Assembly: GCA_040954595.2 (NCBI GenBank)
Contig: CM082597.2
Coordinates: forward strand, 7,770,343-7,834,342
Length of the DNA: 64,000 nucleotides
From: Balanoglossus misakiensis
Lineage: Eukaryota > Animalia > Hemichordata
Direction: 5' to 3'
Position 1 is the first letter of the stretch; each line of letters starts with the position of its first letter. The notes under the pieces were generated by a model. That model ran no database searches. It saw only the letters and a program-made list of their open reading frames with translations, and was not told where the DNA came from. The position numbers were made by a program, and so were the translations under genes. Positions 1 to 12,286 of the stretch are shown in pieces.

Positions 1-640
1 ACTTCAAGTGCTTTGTTGCAGATAGATCGGATGTTCCACGTAGAAAGCAATAGGTTGCACTGTCTCTGAATTCGTTTGCATTGACTGATCGCAGCTGAAT
101 TCACTGGAATCTGGATCAAATTTTTGAAGTTGACTCTGTTCAATGAAGTACCAGACCATTGTTCGGCCCTGGAGAAAGGTGTTGATGTAATTACGCGAAT
201 GGACCTCATTTTGTTAGTGCCTGCCCTAGTTCCTCTATGTGTCGGTGGTCTTCGCTGTAGATTTAATGATTTGATGGTCTTCCAGGTTGAGCTGGGCAAT
301 CTACCATTGTGAATGGTTGGTGCGGTGTTTAGCAGATGGAGAAGGAATCCAGAGTACCTCATTATTATTCAGTGTGAATCATACTTAACGCCTTGAAGAC
401 AAAAGAAAACTTTTGTAGTGCAGTGAAAGCTCAGAAGTCCTCAGCAAGTATACCGTATCGTTTGGTGTATTCCCTGATTTTGGCCTCAGCAAAATGATAA
501 TCCAATTTCTGACTGGGTCAGCGTGATCCTTAGTAGTTCATAGAGTTGATGCTTGAAAATCCGGTTCGCTGGTGGTCCCAACAGTTATAAAAAAACGGAA
601 AAAAGACGGAGGCTGTGCGGAGGCTGCCGACAAGGCGCTC
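1..640 (-). mobile_element. 5' part of a non-LTR retrotransposon (CR1/L2-like), running off the left edge
   Basis: The reverse complement of 1-58 translates to CNLLLSTWNIRSICNKALE, the WN(I/V)RS start motif of an APE endonuclease domain. The boundary near 640 is a guess from a GC-rich 5'-UTR-like patch. Confidence 0.6.
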
Positions 641-1691
641 TTCCATCACATTGCTTTTACTCTACATGCGATCGTAAGTTGTAAGTTCAAAGGTCATGAA
701 ACTAAAAAAAATTACAGGCATGAAACACTTCACATCATCAGATCATGCCTGTTATTATTTTTTCTTTTAGGTCCAAAGCTCACGAAAATAAAAAAAAAAT
801 ACAGACATGAAAAAAAATTACAGTTATGACATTTTTATTACAGGCATGAAATTTTTAGTACAGACATGAAAACAAATTACAGGTATGAAATAAAAACATT
901 CTCCTGTGGCCTCATTAAGCCTCCGTGCCATACAAAGAGTACACACCTATCGTGTCATTTGGTATCAAGAGATGAAAATCTGGTGCATAAAAGGTACTAT
1001 GGCTTAATGGCGACGGTCCTAAAAGATATGGAGAAGTATTTTATTGTGGGGGAAAATAAGTGAAATTTGGCAGCTCATGGGGCTTTAATGTGAGATTGAG
1101 CGACCCGTTTCGTCATCGACAAGTTCACAGTAAACGTTATGGGGCGCTGACGGTTAATAAAGGACACATGTAATGATAGGTACACTCAGGTACAAAGCAC
1201 TATTTCTCCCGACAAAAGTCGAGCATTAGGCCCGCTCTGCAATGGGCTGGCAGCGACTGTTACCTAACCCAACAGGACTGCATGGGGCTTCAGTGCGGGA
1301 CTGTGCGATCCAATTCCACAAATTAGGCCTACCATTAAACCATATGTCGCGCAGGCGCGTGCTATAACAGGTACATCCACTTACAAAGTATTATTTTAGG
1401 AAGTGCTTCATAAGATTTGAATATGCAAATACACAAAGGTAGACATCTATTGCTTATAAACCAATCAGACAAATTGTCTATTTTATGAACCAATCACAAT
1501 ATCAAAGTTTTGCGCATAGCGCAAACAGAAATGTATAAGAACGTCCTTTAGATACTGAAATTCACCAGTCTGATCCCCAGCGCAGCCTGCAATCATCTGA
1601 AGCAACAGAACAGTTTGGGTATGTACATGTATTTTCGTTAGTTCGCGATCGTATTTGTGTTTTAATCGAAATGCAGTCTTGATGAACTTTA

Positions 1692-2040
1692 AAGCCCCTA
1701 AAGCTGCCAAATTTCATATTTTTTTCCACAGTTAAATGCTTAAAATATATTCCCTATCCTCTAAAATCTTCACCATTAAGCCATATGACTTGCATTTGCA
1801 TCAGTTTGTCATCTTTTGGCGACGCATACCACGATAGCTGCGTACTGTCTGTATGGAGGCTGATTAAATCGGTGCGGCACCATTTTAATACATACCGTGT
1901 TCAAATTGCAACATGCAGTCACAATCGGGCATCGATAAGGTGTTCATGTATACCTATCAGTAAGCTTATTTAGATGGACCAATTCAAGTTGGAAAATAAA
2001 ATCATGAAAATAATGCAAAAAAGTGACAGCTCTAGAGGCT
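1692..2040. mobile_element. TTAA-flanked MITE (Kolobok-like); the right end of a related copy lies at ~1000-1088
   Basis: TTAA|AGCCCCTAAAGCTG at the left and CAGCTCTAGAGGCT|TTAA at the right. 1688-1790 is a degenerate reverse complement of ~1000-1088. Confidence 0.55.
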
Positions 2041-2504
2041 TTAATTTGTATGAAGGTGAAGTTTTGAAACAATTTCCTTCTTATCATTAATAATGTTGAT
2101 TAATCATCGCTAGGAGAAATTTAACCACGTGTAGTTGATCAATTTTACAAAAAAAGTATGACCAATGCATGGGGTTCGCATAACCATAATTTGAATCATG
2201 TGAATTCTAATCCTTCTAGGCCCTACATAATTTCTATACAGCTCTGATCTACTGAAGATAGCACATTTGTCTGTTCAACAACGAAAATATGAAAGGTTCT
2301 CGGGCTCTGCTAATTATTGCATGTGTGGTCTCTGCCTACACGAGGTAACTATTCACTTCTAGTATCTCTGCTATTTCTACAACACAATTTATCCCTGTAT
2401 TGTTTCATTATCCGGACAAAATACTCTACATGATACTTGTTCTATCCGAACTCAGCTCGGGAAAGTACTGCTGCGGACTATATAACACTACACAGCTAAA
2501 TGTT

Positions 2505-2700
2505 TAGGTCTGCTGCAGGTCTGATGGGACAGACCTGCTCTTGTCTGACGGGACAGACCCGCTACAGGTCTGACAGGACAGACCTGTGGTAGGTCTGCTC
2601 CAACAGACTGCTGCAGGTCTGCGTCCATATTGCTGCACATGACCTGTTGGTCAGACATGCACCGGACATGCACCAGACCTGGTGCAGACCTGGTGAACTT
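2505..2700. repeat. Degenerate short tandem/inverted repeats of CAGGTCTG / CAGACCTG
   Basis: The motif recurs about ten times in both orientations. Confidence 0.6.
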
Positions 2701-3052
2701 TGGTTGTGTAGGAGTATACATGTACACTGTGACTGCATCATGGGTGACAATAACTTCTGCAAGGCACAGATCGCGCACAGAAGTCTGGCGAGACGCGCCA
2801 TCTCTCGTGTCCAAAATGTTGATCATTATGTACAATCGGTATCCACTTTTGTGTGAGTTGGACTTCTAAACGATAATGTTGATATAAGCACGACCACATT
2901 CCCAGATATCAATATGGTTGTACACATCTCTGTAGTTAAAAATAATTCTGATGACTGGCCACAGCTAATGCATCATCAGTTTGCCTGTACCGGTACGTGT
3001 GCTATCATGCATAGTCACATTAGGTTTGATATTTGACACCTCTTACTGAAAG

Positions 3053-3365
3053 TTAGCCTAGTCCTAGCAGTATTTTGTCCGCTTTGCTTCCAAAACTAAC
3101 GTCTAGCCTCACTCATGCCACTGGCCCCCCAAAACCCATACCCCTTGCTGGGAATTGTGATGTAACTAGCGCCCCTCTGAAGCCAATCAAAAACTTTATT
3201 TTTCCAATGATTGGACAAAGGATATACATATGTGTAATTAAGGATGGGTAACATTTTTAATTCAAATTAGCCCTGCCTTCACTATAACCTTACACCCAAT
3301 CACCATTGTTCAGTTTATATGAGTGACTTCAAGGGGATGCTAGTTACATCACAATTCCCAGCAAG
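3053..3365. mobile_element. Truncated copy of the palindromic MITE at 27213-27602
   Basis: Shares GTATTTTGTCCGCTTTGCTTCCAAAACTAAC...CCTTGCTGGGAATTGTGATGTAACTAGC with 27230-27510, but lacks the right terminus. Confidence 0.8.
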
Positions 3366-5025
3366 GACTTGTTACCAGGGAATAAAAAATGTGAGCATAT
3401 CGTTTCACTGATGCGCCCTCAACTATTTAGCAAAGGAGAAGCCCCATATGGTGTTGTGTAGCGAACCTCTCGGCGGGCACACATGCAATCAGTCCATAAG
3501 CCTGCATGGACGACGAGAGGGGCTGTGAGAGAGTCTAGGAGGGCGGGTGCTTCACTGTGTATAAGAACCCAGCCCAGTTGGGTGTTCAATCATTATGGAC
3601 AGTAACATAAAGGGCTTCAATTGGCGGGACGACAGTTTGTTGCAATTTCACCAGCGTGGGGTTGAAATGGCGTGGTGTGGTGGACGAAAAGATTTCTCGG
3701 AATTTAGGGAGGGTGTCTGTAACTTCTGACAGGAGAGGGAGAGAGAGAGAGAGAGGGGGGGGGGGGTAGCTTCGGTCGCACAACCTTAGACCATGTATTC
3801 CACAGATAACGGAAGTGTTTTTCACTTCATCCAGTATAGTCAAGGATCTATGTACTCTGGGCACCGTACTCCTCACGGGATCTGATATCATCAGATCAGT
3901 ACAAGATCCTCCTGTACTATTAGTGGCTGTTCCAAGTCTGATGCGCTTCTAAGAATTTATGTATCACATGTCGGGCTATTTTGTATTTTCGGTCAAATTG
4001 GCTATATTAGGGAGCATTCGTTTTTTACAGGGAGGGGGGGGGGCGGTGGAAATCAGGAGGGGTTTACTTTTACAAAGCAGTTTTTAGGGGGGGACAAATT
4101 TTATAATCAATGGTTTGGGGGGGCCAATTTTTACAACATATTTGTATGGAATTATAGCAAAAAACAACAGAATTGACCGTAAAGTGTATAAAATAGAATA
4201 CGAACATGTCTTTATTCTGTGTGATCAGGTGACAACAAGTACACTTTTGATCACAAAAATAACATTTTCAGGCTGTATCATGGCAATATTATGACATACA
4301 TCACTTTTAAAACTCTTTGGAAACTGGAAAAATAGCTATATTCCGAAATACGGATATATGGAGTGTTTGCAAAGATTTTCAGACTTTGTTATCACATACA
4401 CTCAAACAAACAGGATTATATAGATAAGAACACAAATATAGATAAGAACACCAATGGGAACCTAAAAGGAATCTAAAAACCCTTGTACAAAGCATTTGTA
4501 CAAGTTGTATTAAAAAATACTGTCTATGACATCACGTACAGCTACTGTGGCTATAAGGTAGAGTGTAATGTTAAAAACTGAATGTAATTCTGAATAGAAT
4601 CATATGTCAACAATAACAATGGTCAGTCTAAATATTGAGGCTGAGCCGACAAGCAGAATACTGAGTATTTAACAATATGCTATGCGAAGCAGGAGAAGAA
4701 ACTATAGCTGATTCACTGCACCAGAATGATGAAAAAACAGCCAAAGGTTTCATGCTATTGTGATATCTTTGATTCAGAACATCACAAGAAGCCTGCAAAT
4801 AAAATGTCAACGCATTTGATAAGTTATTCTGACGAGTCACTCTGACTCTCTGTCACACTATCTTTTGTTATTTTAAATTATTTATATGATGGCATTAGAT
4901 AGGTTTATTAAGATGGCATAGTTTAGAAAGTTTATTTTTACACACATACATACACGCAAATTCGTCGGCATATGGTTCAACGTTGATTACGGACTGTCAT
5001 TACGATCAACGATTTCAAGACGCGT

Positions 5026-5958
5026 TGTAAACAACTGTGTAACATTATGATTGCAATTAACCTATGTACAGCTTATTAAGAAAAACAAAAGAAGCTATCT
5101 AGAGGGCAGAACTTCAACTTGTCAATCATCACCCCATATTAGCTCCATTGAGATGCTAATGATGAGTATAAAAGGGACACCCAGCTTGAAATACGGGCAG
5201 TACAAATCAAGATCTGAGGTACTCACAACGTCTGGCTATAGTGCAACAATGAAGTGATGATGTGGCAGACTACCATGTGCTGTTGAAATTGGTTCAATAT
5301 ACAAGGACATGCTCTACTTCAAGCGAACAGTGCTGGACTAACAGAAATTGCTGGACATCGCCGTGCCATCGTGTTATGTCGCCTGAAGTTCTGTGAAAGC
5401 AACGTTGTGTCTATATCTCTACCAGAACTGACTTTCTACGACGGAGAAGACGCGCGCGAGCCATTGCAGTTTACCGGTAACGTTCGTACACACACACCTT
5501 AGAATAGGACTGAGCTAAATGCCATCACAGTTTATTTCATCTTTGATTGTTAATATTATAAACTTCACTGCAGTTATTGAATTATTTTCCTGTGACTAGC
5601 GCCAGTTAAATGTGTGCTTGGTGACTAGCTCGTGTAGAGTATATTTCATCATTGTCAAGTTTGCATTGCAAAGGTTATTGCATTTATTACTCTTGTTTTC
5701 CCAAATTCACACAACCAGCACTAGGCTATACCATATGCTCTGTGTGTTTTACCAATTATATGATTGATAGGCTGCACAGTGCTGTCGGAGTCAACAAGTG
5801 CTGGTGGTGGATTTGGGTGTATATATGTATATTATTTATTATGGTTAAGCTATCAGGTGAATAAATATACTTTCACTTGAATATTGTGTTGTGCTCACTG
5901 TAAAACCCTTGACCTACTACCTTGTTATCCTTGGCCGGTGAAACGTACCCGATTTACA
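5026..5958 (+). mobile_element. Candidate solo LTR nested in the Zator element
   Basis: Starts TGTAA (5026 or 5038) and ends TTACA (5958). TATAAAA at ~5167, AATAAA at ~5860, no coding capacity. No clean TSD found. Confidence 0.4.
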
Positions 5959-6252
5959 AACACGTGTTTCTATCACATTTGATTCTGACCTGAAGTATTG
6001 CCAACATTAAGCTATCATCAAATAGTTATTTGAGTAAAGTTTTGGCTTCATTTTGGTTAGGTAAAAGAACTCGCATCACAATTGCTCGTGTTAACTTTGG
6101 TTGACTGTTTATAGCGCGAACATTGTGACACTCTCCACTTCACAAAAGTAAACTTCGTCTGTTGAACCACTTTGGTCTGATGAGTCACTTTGACTATCGA
6201 GTTCACTCAGGTCAATTGTTTGTTTTGTATCACTGGGTAAGTTGTCAAAAAT

Positions 6253-7770
6253 TTATTTGAATGAGTGCTCATCAATGTATTTTAAGTTGTACATATGAAC
6301 AAGCAATTTGGCTTCTGATGCATTTAAAGAACTAACATTGCCAATTAATACCATGGTGGCTGGGGCTGGTATACCAATATCAAAAGGGTGGAATTCCACC
6401 ATTATAATCTTGTTGTAGAGAGTCTCTACATGGCGCTTCAGTGTTTGCATTTTTCTCTGTCTAGCCTTTCTTTTATTTTCTTTTTTCGATCTGGCAGAGG
6501 TTTTCATTCTCGAAAATGAACAGCCAAAAATTTCTCTTGATTTTTGTAGTAGATCAGAGAGTTTCTTAGTGAGTTCCTTGCCACGTTCAAGATCAACACG
6601 ACACCTATTCAGGTACTCATTATTCACATGATGGTTGAAGGAATAGTGGTTGCATTTCAACTTCCCCCTACTGTCATGTATTCTGGCTTCATCCTGTAAA
6701 ATGCATTGCTCCATCTCCTCAAGTTTCACAATGACTGACTTCAATCTCTCTGCATTCTGAGTTATAACCACTGTAGAATGTGGGACCAATTTGCCTCCTC
6801 CAAGCAGTACACCACAGGCAGCAGGGTTGTCACTTTCTACAAACTTGACAGACCTTTGTGCACGTGTCAGATCTTTTTCTAACTTCCATAGTCTGATCTT
6901 TTCAATATTAAATTTGTTACGGAAGCTCTCTGGATAGGGAATCTTATCATGAACCTATGGAAATAAAACCAAAACCAAATTGTAAAAATGAATGATAGGA
7001 CATATGAACAAAAGGCCAGATAATTGTGTGAATTATAGTTTCCACTGTTAGGGTAAAATAGATGCCATAATTGTATGTTTACAGTTGCCAAGCCAACTCC
7101 TCTTAATTTAAACCAATTGTAAATTTGATACTAAAACATTCACCATTCACCACTGTTATAAATGCCTATGACTATGTGGTGAGTCAAGAGTTTCTATTGT
7201 TTGCATTGCACTCTACATTGTAGTTGTTGTTTTATGATTGATGTTTCAGATACAGCTGGTGCTACTTTAATAAAGTCTTTAAAGTTTTTAAAACCAGTAC
7301 ATTACAAGAACCAAATAAATTGCTGACATTAGGCTACTATTGTTTTTGTTTCATAGCACCAGAGTACACAATGGGTATAAACTTATACTCTTACAAAAAT
7401 AACCTATGGTATTTAAAAACATAAAACTCACCATATTATATAACTTCTGCAAAACACTGTTAAAGAATTTCGTGTCTTCATGGCGAGCATATGGCACATA
7501 TCCATACAGCTTATTTTTCCATTTCTCAGATGATGATTGTGGCTCGTCAGTCGTTTTGTTGACCGTTGAATTCCCCTTTGACCTTGTCAATGCTAACCAC
7601 AGTTTTGCTCTGTGACCAGGCAAAGGAATAGCATCATGGAAAATTCGATGAAGTTCTGCCTTTGAGTCGATTGTTTCACAGAGACTTTCTTCCGAATCAT
7701 ACCCAAGATCTAGCAAAATTTGATGAAGTTTCTCAATATGATGTCTCTCGCACCAAGCAAGGAACGTCAT
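6253..7770 (-). CDS. Transposon-borne accessory gene: N-terminal SAM-like domain, then helical/coiled-coil and basic NLS-like regions. Two exons (7770-7432, 6954-6253).
   Basis: Exon 1 reads MTFLAWCERHHIEKLHQILLDLGYDSEESLCE...IPLPGHRAKLWLAL, resembling the SAM pattern W..GYD..L...PGHR.K. Donor ATG|GTGAGT at 7432/7431 joins acceptor TTTCCATAG|GTT at 6954 in phase 0, giving VHDKIPYPESFRNKF..., which runs into ORF 6253-6789. The frame stays open ~47 codons past the 6253-6255 stop, so that stop may be premature. Confidence 0.7.
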
Positions 7771-7935
7771 TTTAGCATCCAAGTATACATACACCATGCA
7801 CTGCACTGATCAATGCGAACTTTGACCTCTACTTGAAATCTGCACACGAGCACTGAACTTTGACCGGGAACTTCACGTACGTCCATAGCTGGTTGAAATA
7901 CCAAACACACACACACACTTCAAAGCAGCATTGCC

Positions 7936-10900
7936 ATGGCTGAAGTCACTGACAAAGGCGTACTCGCGTTCGATGACCAAGATTCATACGAGAGAGAAAC
8001 AGTTTCCAAGGCAAGTGAAGCTTCCACATCATGGAGTGACAGGCGATCGGATATTAGAAGCTCTGCTCAAGTTAATAACAAACAGATTCGTGTATCACTG
8101 CAAACATGCAGTCTTGAAAACAACCTTGCTAGGCTAGAGGGGTTATTGGCAGTCCAGAAGTCCCGAACCAAATCAGAGAAGCTGGAGGGATTGATCGCAG
8201 TTCTGCTTTCTCTGACATCCCGTGAAAATGGAAGTGAACCTAGTGGTTTCATGGAATTCAATGAGGCGTATCGTTTGTACAGCGGATATCATGAAACTGA
8301 GCCAAATCTTGATAATTTTCGCGATTCACTCTTACACCCTGTACACGGCTTGTGCGTTTGCGTGGTATGGACTGAACACTTGAATCAGCGGTGTATTGTT
8401 CTGAAACCCCATGGAACTGGATTAGTGAACTTTTTAGAAGCATTTGTAGATGATGCAACTGAACAATTCACGGATCCACGTCAATATCTGAATGCTGATA
8501 TTGTACATGGTATCATCGAATCCATGGATACCGAATATGACAGAATGTGTGTGAGGGCATTGCTAGCCTGTGAGAAGAGCAGAAGCCAGATTTATGATCT
8601 TGGTAAGTTCATATTCTCTATAACAAAACAATATTTCAGAAAACTATAATTTGCTGTACACATTTGGGAACCACAGAATTTATAAAATATTGTATGGCGA
8701 TAAAGCTATTAAAACTTGAAAAATGGAGTACATACTACCATTGGGAATATGTGGCCTGTGTCTATGCAGCTATATAAACACTAGCAATCATGGTGTTTAC
8801 CATGCGAGTACGATGTCAATTATATTGTAAATCACAGATCATTTCAGCATAATAGTGTTAAATTTGTGAGACACAACAGGAGTTACAGCCTTGAAATTTT
8901 TTTAGTTGGGGCAAGTGAGTTTAAACCCCCACTTACCCGAAGGACAAGTGGAGAAAAAAATAAGTGTCTTTCCCTGTACAAATTTCCTTTTTCCCATATG
9001 CATGCCCTTTTCTTTTTGATGTTTGACAAAAATGCAGTTTTCATTTAACAAAATTAAAGGCAAAAATAGGAAACCATTGCATATGTATGATGTATCTACA
9101 TCTACCAAATATAACGGTGCAATACATGAACATAGTATGTCCAGCATAGAGTTAAAGTATGGACACAAAATGAACATTGACACCACACAATACCCCGTTC
9201 ACTTATGTCGAAGTAGGTGTACATGTATCTATGGTTGTCCAAAAGATGTTCACATACATGTTGTATGTCATATTCAAAATTTTTGATCAAATTTTCAAAG
9301 CCACATTCTATGCACAAATGACAAGATATTGACAAAATATTGGACAAATGATAAAATATTAGACCTTTGCATTTCAATAACTTTATTCTTTGTTTATGTA
9401 TTGCAGGCTTGAAACCACAAGATGCTGTAAATACATTATCTAAAGTACTAGAGACTAGCAGAGAAACTAGAAATGCAAGAATTGCAGCAGAAGACATGGT
9501 AAATTTGAGATTGAGGAGAAAAGCTGATATGATTCAAGAGGAGATTAAAATGACTGAAGAGCAGCTTCAGAAGAAGAAAGACATCTTATCAGAACCACGT
9601 AGAAAAGACTTACAAGAAAAACAGCTGGTCCTTGAAGAAAGATTAAGTGATGTGAAGAAACTACAAGACAAGAATGACAAATATGCAGTACAAAGATTTA
9701 AGCAAAGTGTGAAAAGGAAAGCAGATTCATTTCTAGTAGAAAATTGAGTGAAGAAAAGGAAGTTAGGTGGTGGAGCTCCACGTCAGGTGGATACTGATGA
9801 TGAAGAGTTTTTAGTAAAATGCATAGAAGAAAAGACGTCAGCTCCTGGACGACGGCATGATATGGTCATGTATCTGAACCATCGAGTTAAAGTGTCCGAT
9901 TTTCTTTCTCTGACCAACTACAGGAGATTGAAAGAGGGGAAACGACTAATCCGCTCAGCGACAACCCTGTACAGCAGAAGTAGAGCAAAAAACATCAGAA
10001 GTATTGCTGCGAGAAGACATATCGGTAGAGGTCTTTTTTGTTGTAAGAAGCCCCCTAAATGTGAAGACTCCATAAATGAATGTACACACCACCAACGGGC
10101 ACATAAAAAGAATTTGTTATACGAGATGGGTAGTCTGGAATGCAAAGACCGATGGAAGTTTAACTTTATTATCAGTCAAGATGATAAGGCTTATGTACGT
10201 GCAGGAACAAGTGTTGGTCTGGATAAGGCTCGCAATCAGAAAATCATCCAACCATCAGACACAGGAAAAAGTAGATCTTTGCCAAAATATGATTTTCCTG
10301 ATGCGAAATTGAACATCACTCCAGCATCACATCGGATCATGACTAAAGAATGTACACTAGTCAACAATGATGAAAAGCTCACCACAAGAGAAGACCAGAG
10401 CATTGTCTTTATGAGACCAAAATACTATATTGGTTCATCAGGTTCAACATGGATGAATGAACAAATGGAAATGTGCTCTATGGAACCAACTTTATATGAA
10501 GTAGAGTCAACAACCTACTCAAAGCCTTTCCGCCAAGTATGCTCACTAGCTCATGACAAAATTTTCCATTTCAAAGATGCAACATGCAAAGAAGATGTCA
10601 TCTGCGTGACAAACAAAGAAGGCTGTCAGTTTCAGCAGTATGAGAGAGAAAGACTAACGAATCTTAAGGCATTTTTGCATCTGACCAAAACAACTGCAAA
10701 AGAGAAGAAAAATGAGTTGTCTCCTCAAGAGAAGGCATATACATCTGAACTACAAGACCAGTTGGATGAGATAGAAGACACAGTAAATGGCATGTTAGTT
10801 GATCTTGCTAAACTCACTGGCCTGAACCTGTGGAAAATGTACACTCACCTCATTTCACAATGCAACACATTATTGAGCAAAATCAAAGAGATGAGGTTAC

Positions 10901-12286
10901 CACCTGTACGACCAATAGTATGTGAGTTTACTGATGCTGGTCCAGGGGTCGGAATTCGTAACCATGATGTTCGATTTCGAAGTGCAGAACGCATACGCAT
11001 ACATAATATCGACAGAATGACACGGCTACATTTAGCACGGGGAGATTCATCATACAACGAAGTGGAGAGAACAAATGCAGCCATTGGTAATGCCTTAGTT
11101 GATGGAGGTGGCATTAAATGGGACTACCATTCTCCATTTGAGGGATTGTCACCAGAAGAAATTCAGCAGCTACCACTGGAAGATTACACAATTCGGATTG
11201 AAAATGCAATGGAGTCAAATGCATTCAGAGTTGCTACTGATCTAGCATGCAGAGTAGATGATGCCCCTGGACCTGGTGGTGATTTCATGAAGGCGTATGT
11301 AACACCAAAACAAGACAGGCAATTTTTCTTTGACAAGCCATATCTAGACAGATTTACAGCTGCTTCAAAAAGTCAGAAGATAATGGTTCCTGGCCATGCA
11401 TATTATATGAAATTACAGCAGTTTATTGATAATCACTATGAAATAGGAGACTTATACTTGGAATTTCTCAAGTTTGACTGCATCAAGAGACTGGGACATA
11501 AATGTGACTTTTGTTGTGACAGAGACTGGGTCAGTTCTCCCCTTCAGCATGTACCAAAACCAATGCCAGATTACACCCAACTCCCAAATTTCCACTATCT
11601 ACCTGTCAAGAATGTACCAGCATTGGATACAGAAGGCAATCAACGTGAAGTTGATGACTACCAGCCACGTGTTCAAATACGCCATCTTTTTGAAGCAGGA
11701 AAAATGTCTTCTGATAATCTTGACGAAGTTGGCGAGTTCTCCAAGAAGTACATAGTCCCTGATAAAGTTGTAGTTGACTACTTAATACATCTAGAGACAT
11801 TGAAAACTGTAAGACTGAAGAAGCAGAAGAAACGAAACCAAGCAAATGCTTTGGATCAACCAGGACAGTATGACAACTATGACTGGGATGCACTATACAG
11901 AAACAGTGAACTTATGTAAGCTGAAAGTTTCTGACCTAGACATGTACATGAACAGACATAAATTGACAACAGAGAAAAAGATGCTGAAAAAAGACAAACT
12001 GAAAATAGTTGAAGCGCACATTGGCCGGAAACTGTGTCAAACAACTCTGGAAAGTCTCAGAGTAAACCATGAGAGGGACAAAGAGGAGGATGAGCAGGAG
12101 GATGAAGAGGATGACTTGGACGAGGACAGTGAACCAGAAGATGAACATGTAGTGATAGGTGAACTAGGTGATTCAGAGGAAAGTGACTCAGAAAGTGATA
12201 GCGGCGACATTGAAAATGAACTCTTTCACGTAACAAGATCAGGCAGACAATGCACTACTTGGAAATCAAGGAACTATGTAGACTAG
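7936..12286 (+). pseudogene. Zator-type DDE transposase; exons 7936-8602 and 9407-12286; disrupted
   Basis: Motifs IISQDDKAYV, EFTDAGPG and ARGDSSYNEVERTNA match the Zator SQDDKA / DGGP / S.FN.VER blocks. Phase-1 intron G|GTAAGT (8603) to TTGCAG|GC (9406) keeps frame. In-frame TGA at 9745-9747 and a frameshift near 11912 before a helical, acidic C-terminus. Confidence 0.85.

Noticed and set aside
2488-2869. Overlapping ORFs on both strands
   Set aside because: They arise from the low-complexity CAGACCTG repeat.
9745-9747. Selenocysteine or programmed readthrough at the in-frame TGA
   Set aside because: No SECIS was recognised, and an Arg codon fits the basic context; a point mutation is simpler.
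9367-12286. ORFs 9367-9747, 9748-11919 and 11846-12286 as three separate genes
   Set aside because: They are contiguous parts of one transposase exon broken by a stop and a frameshift.
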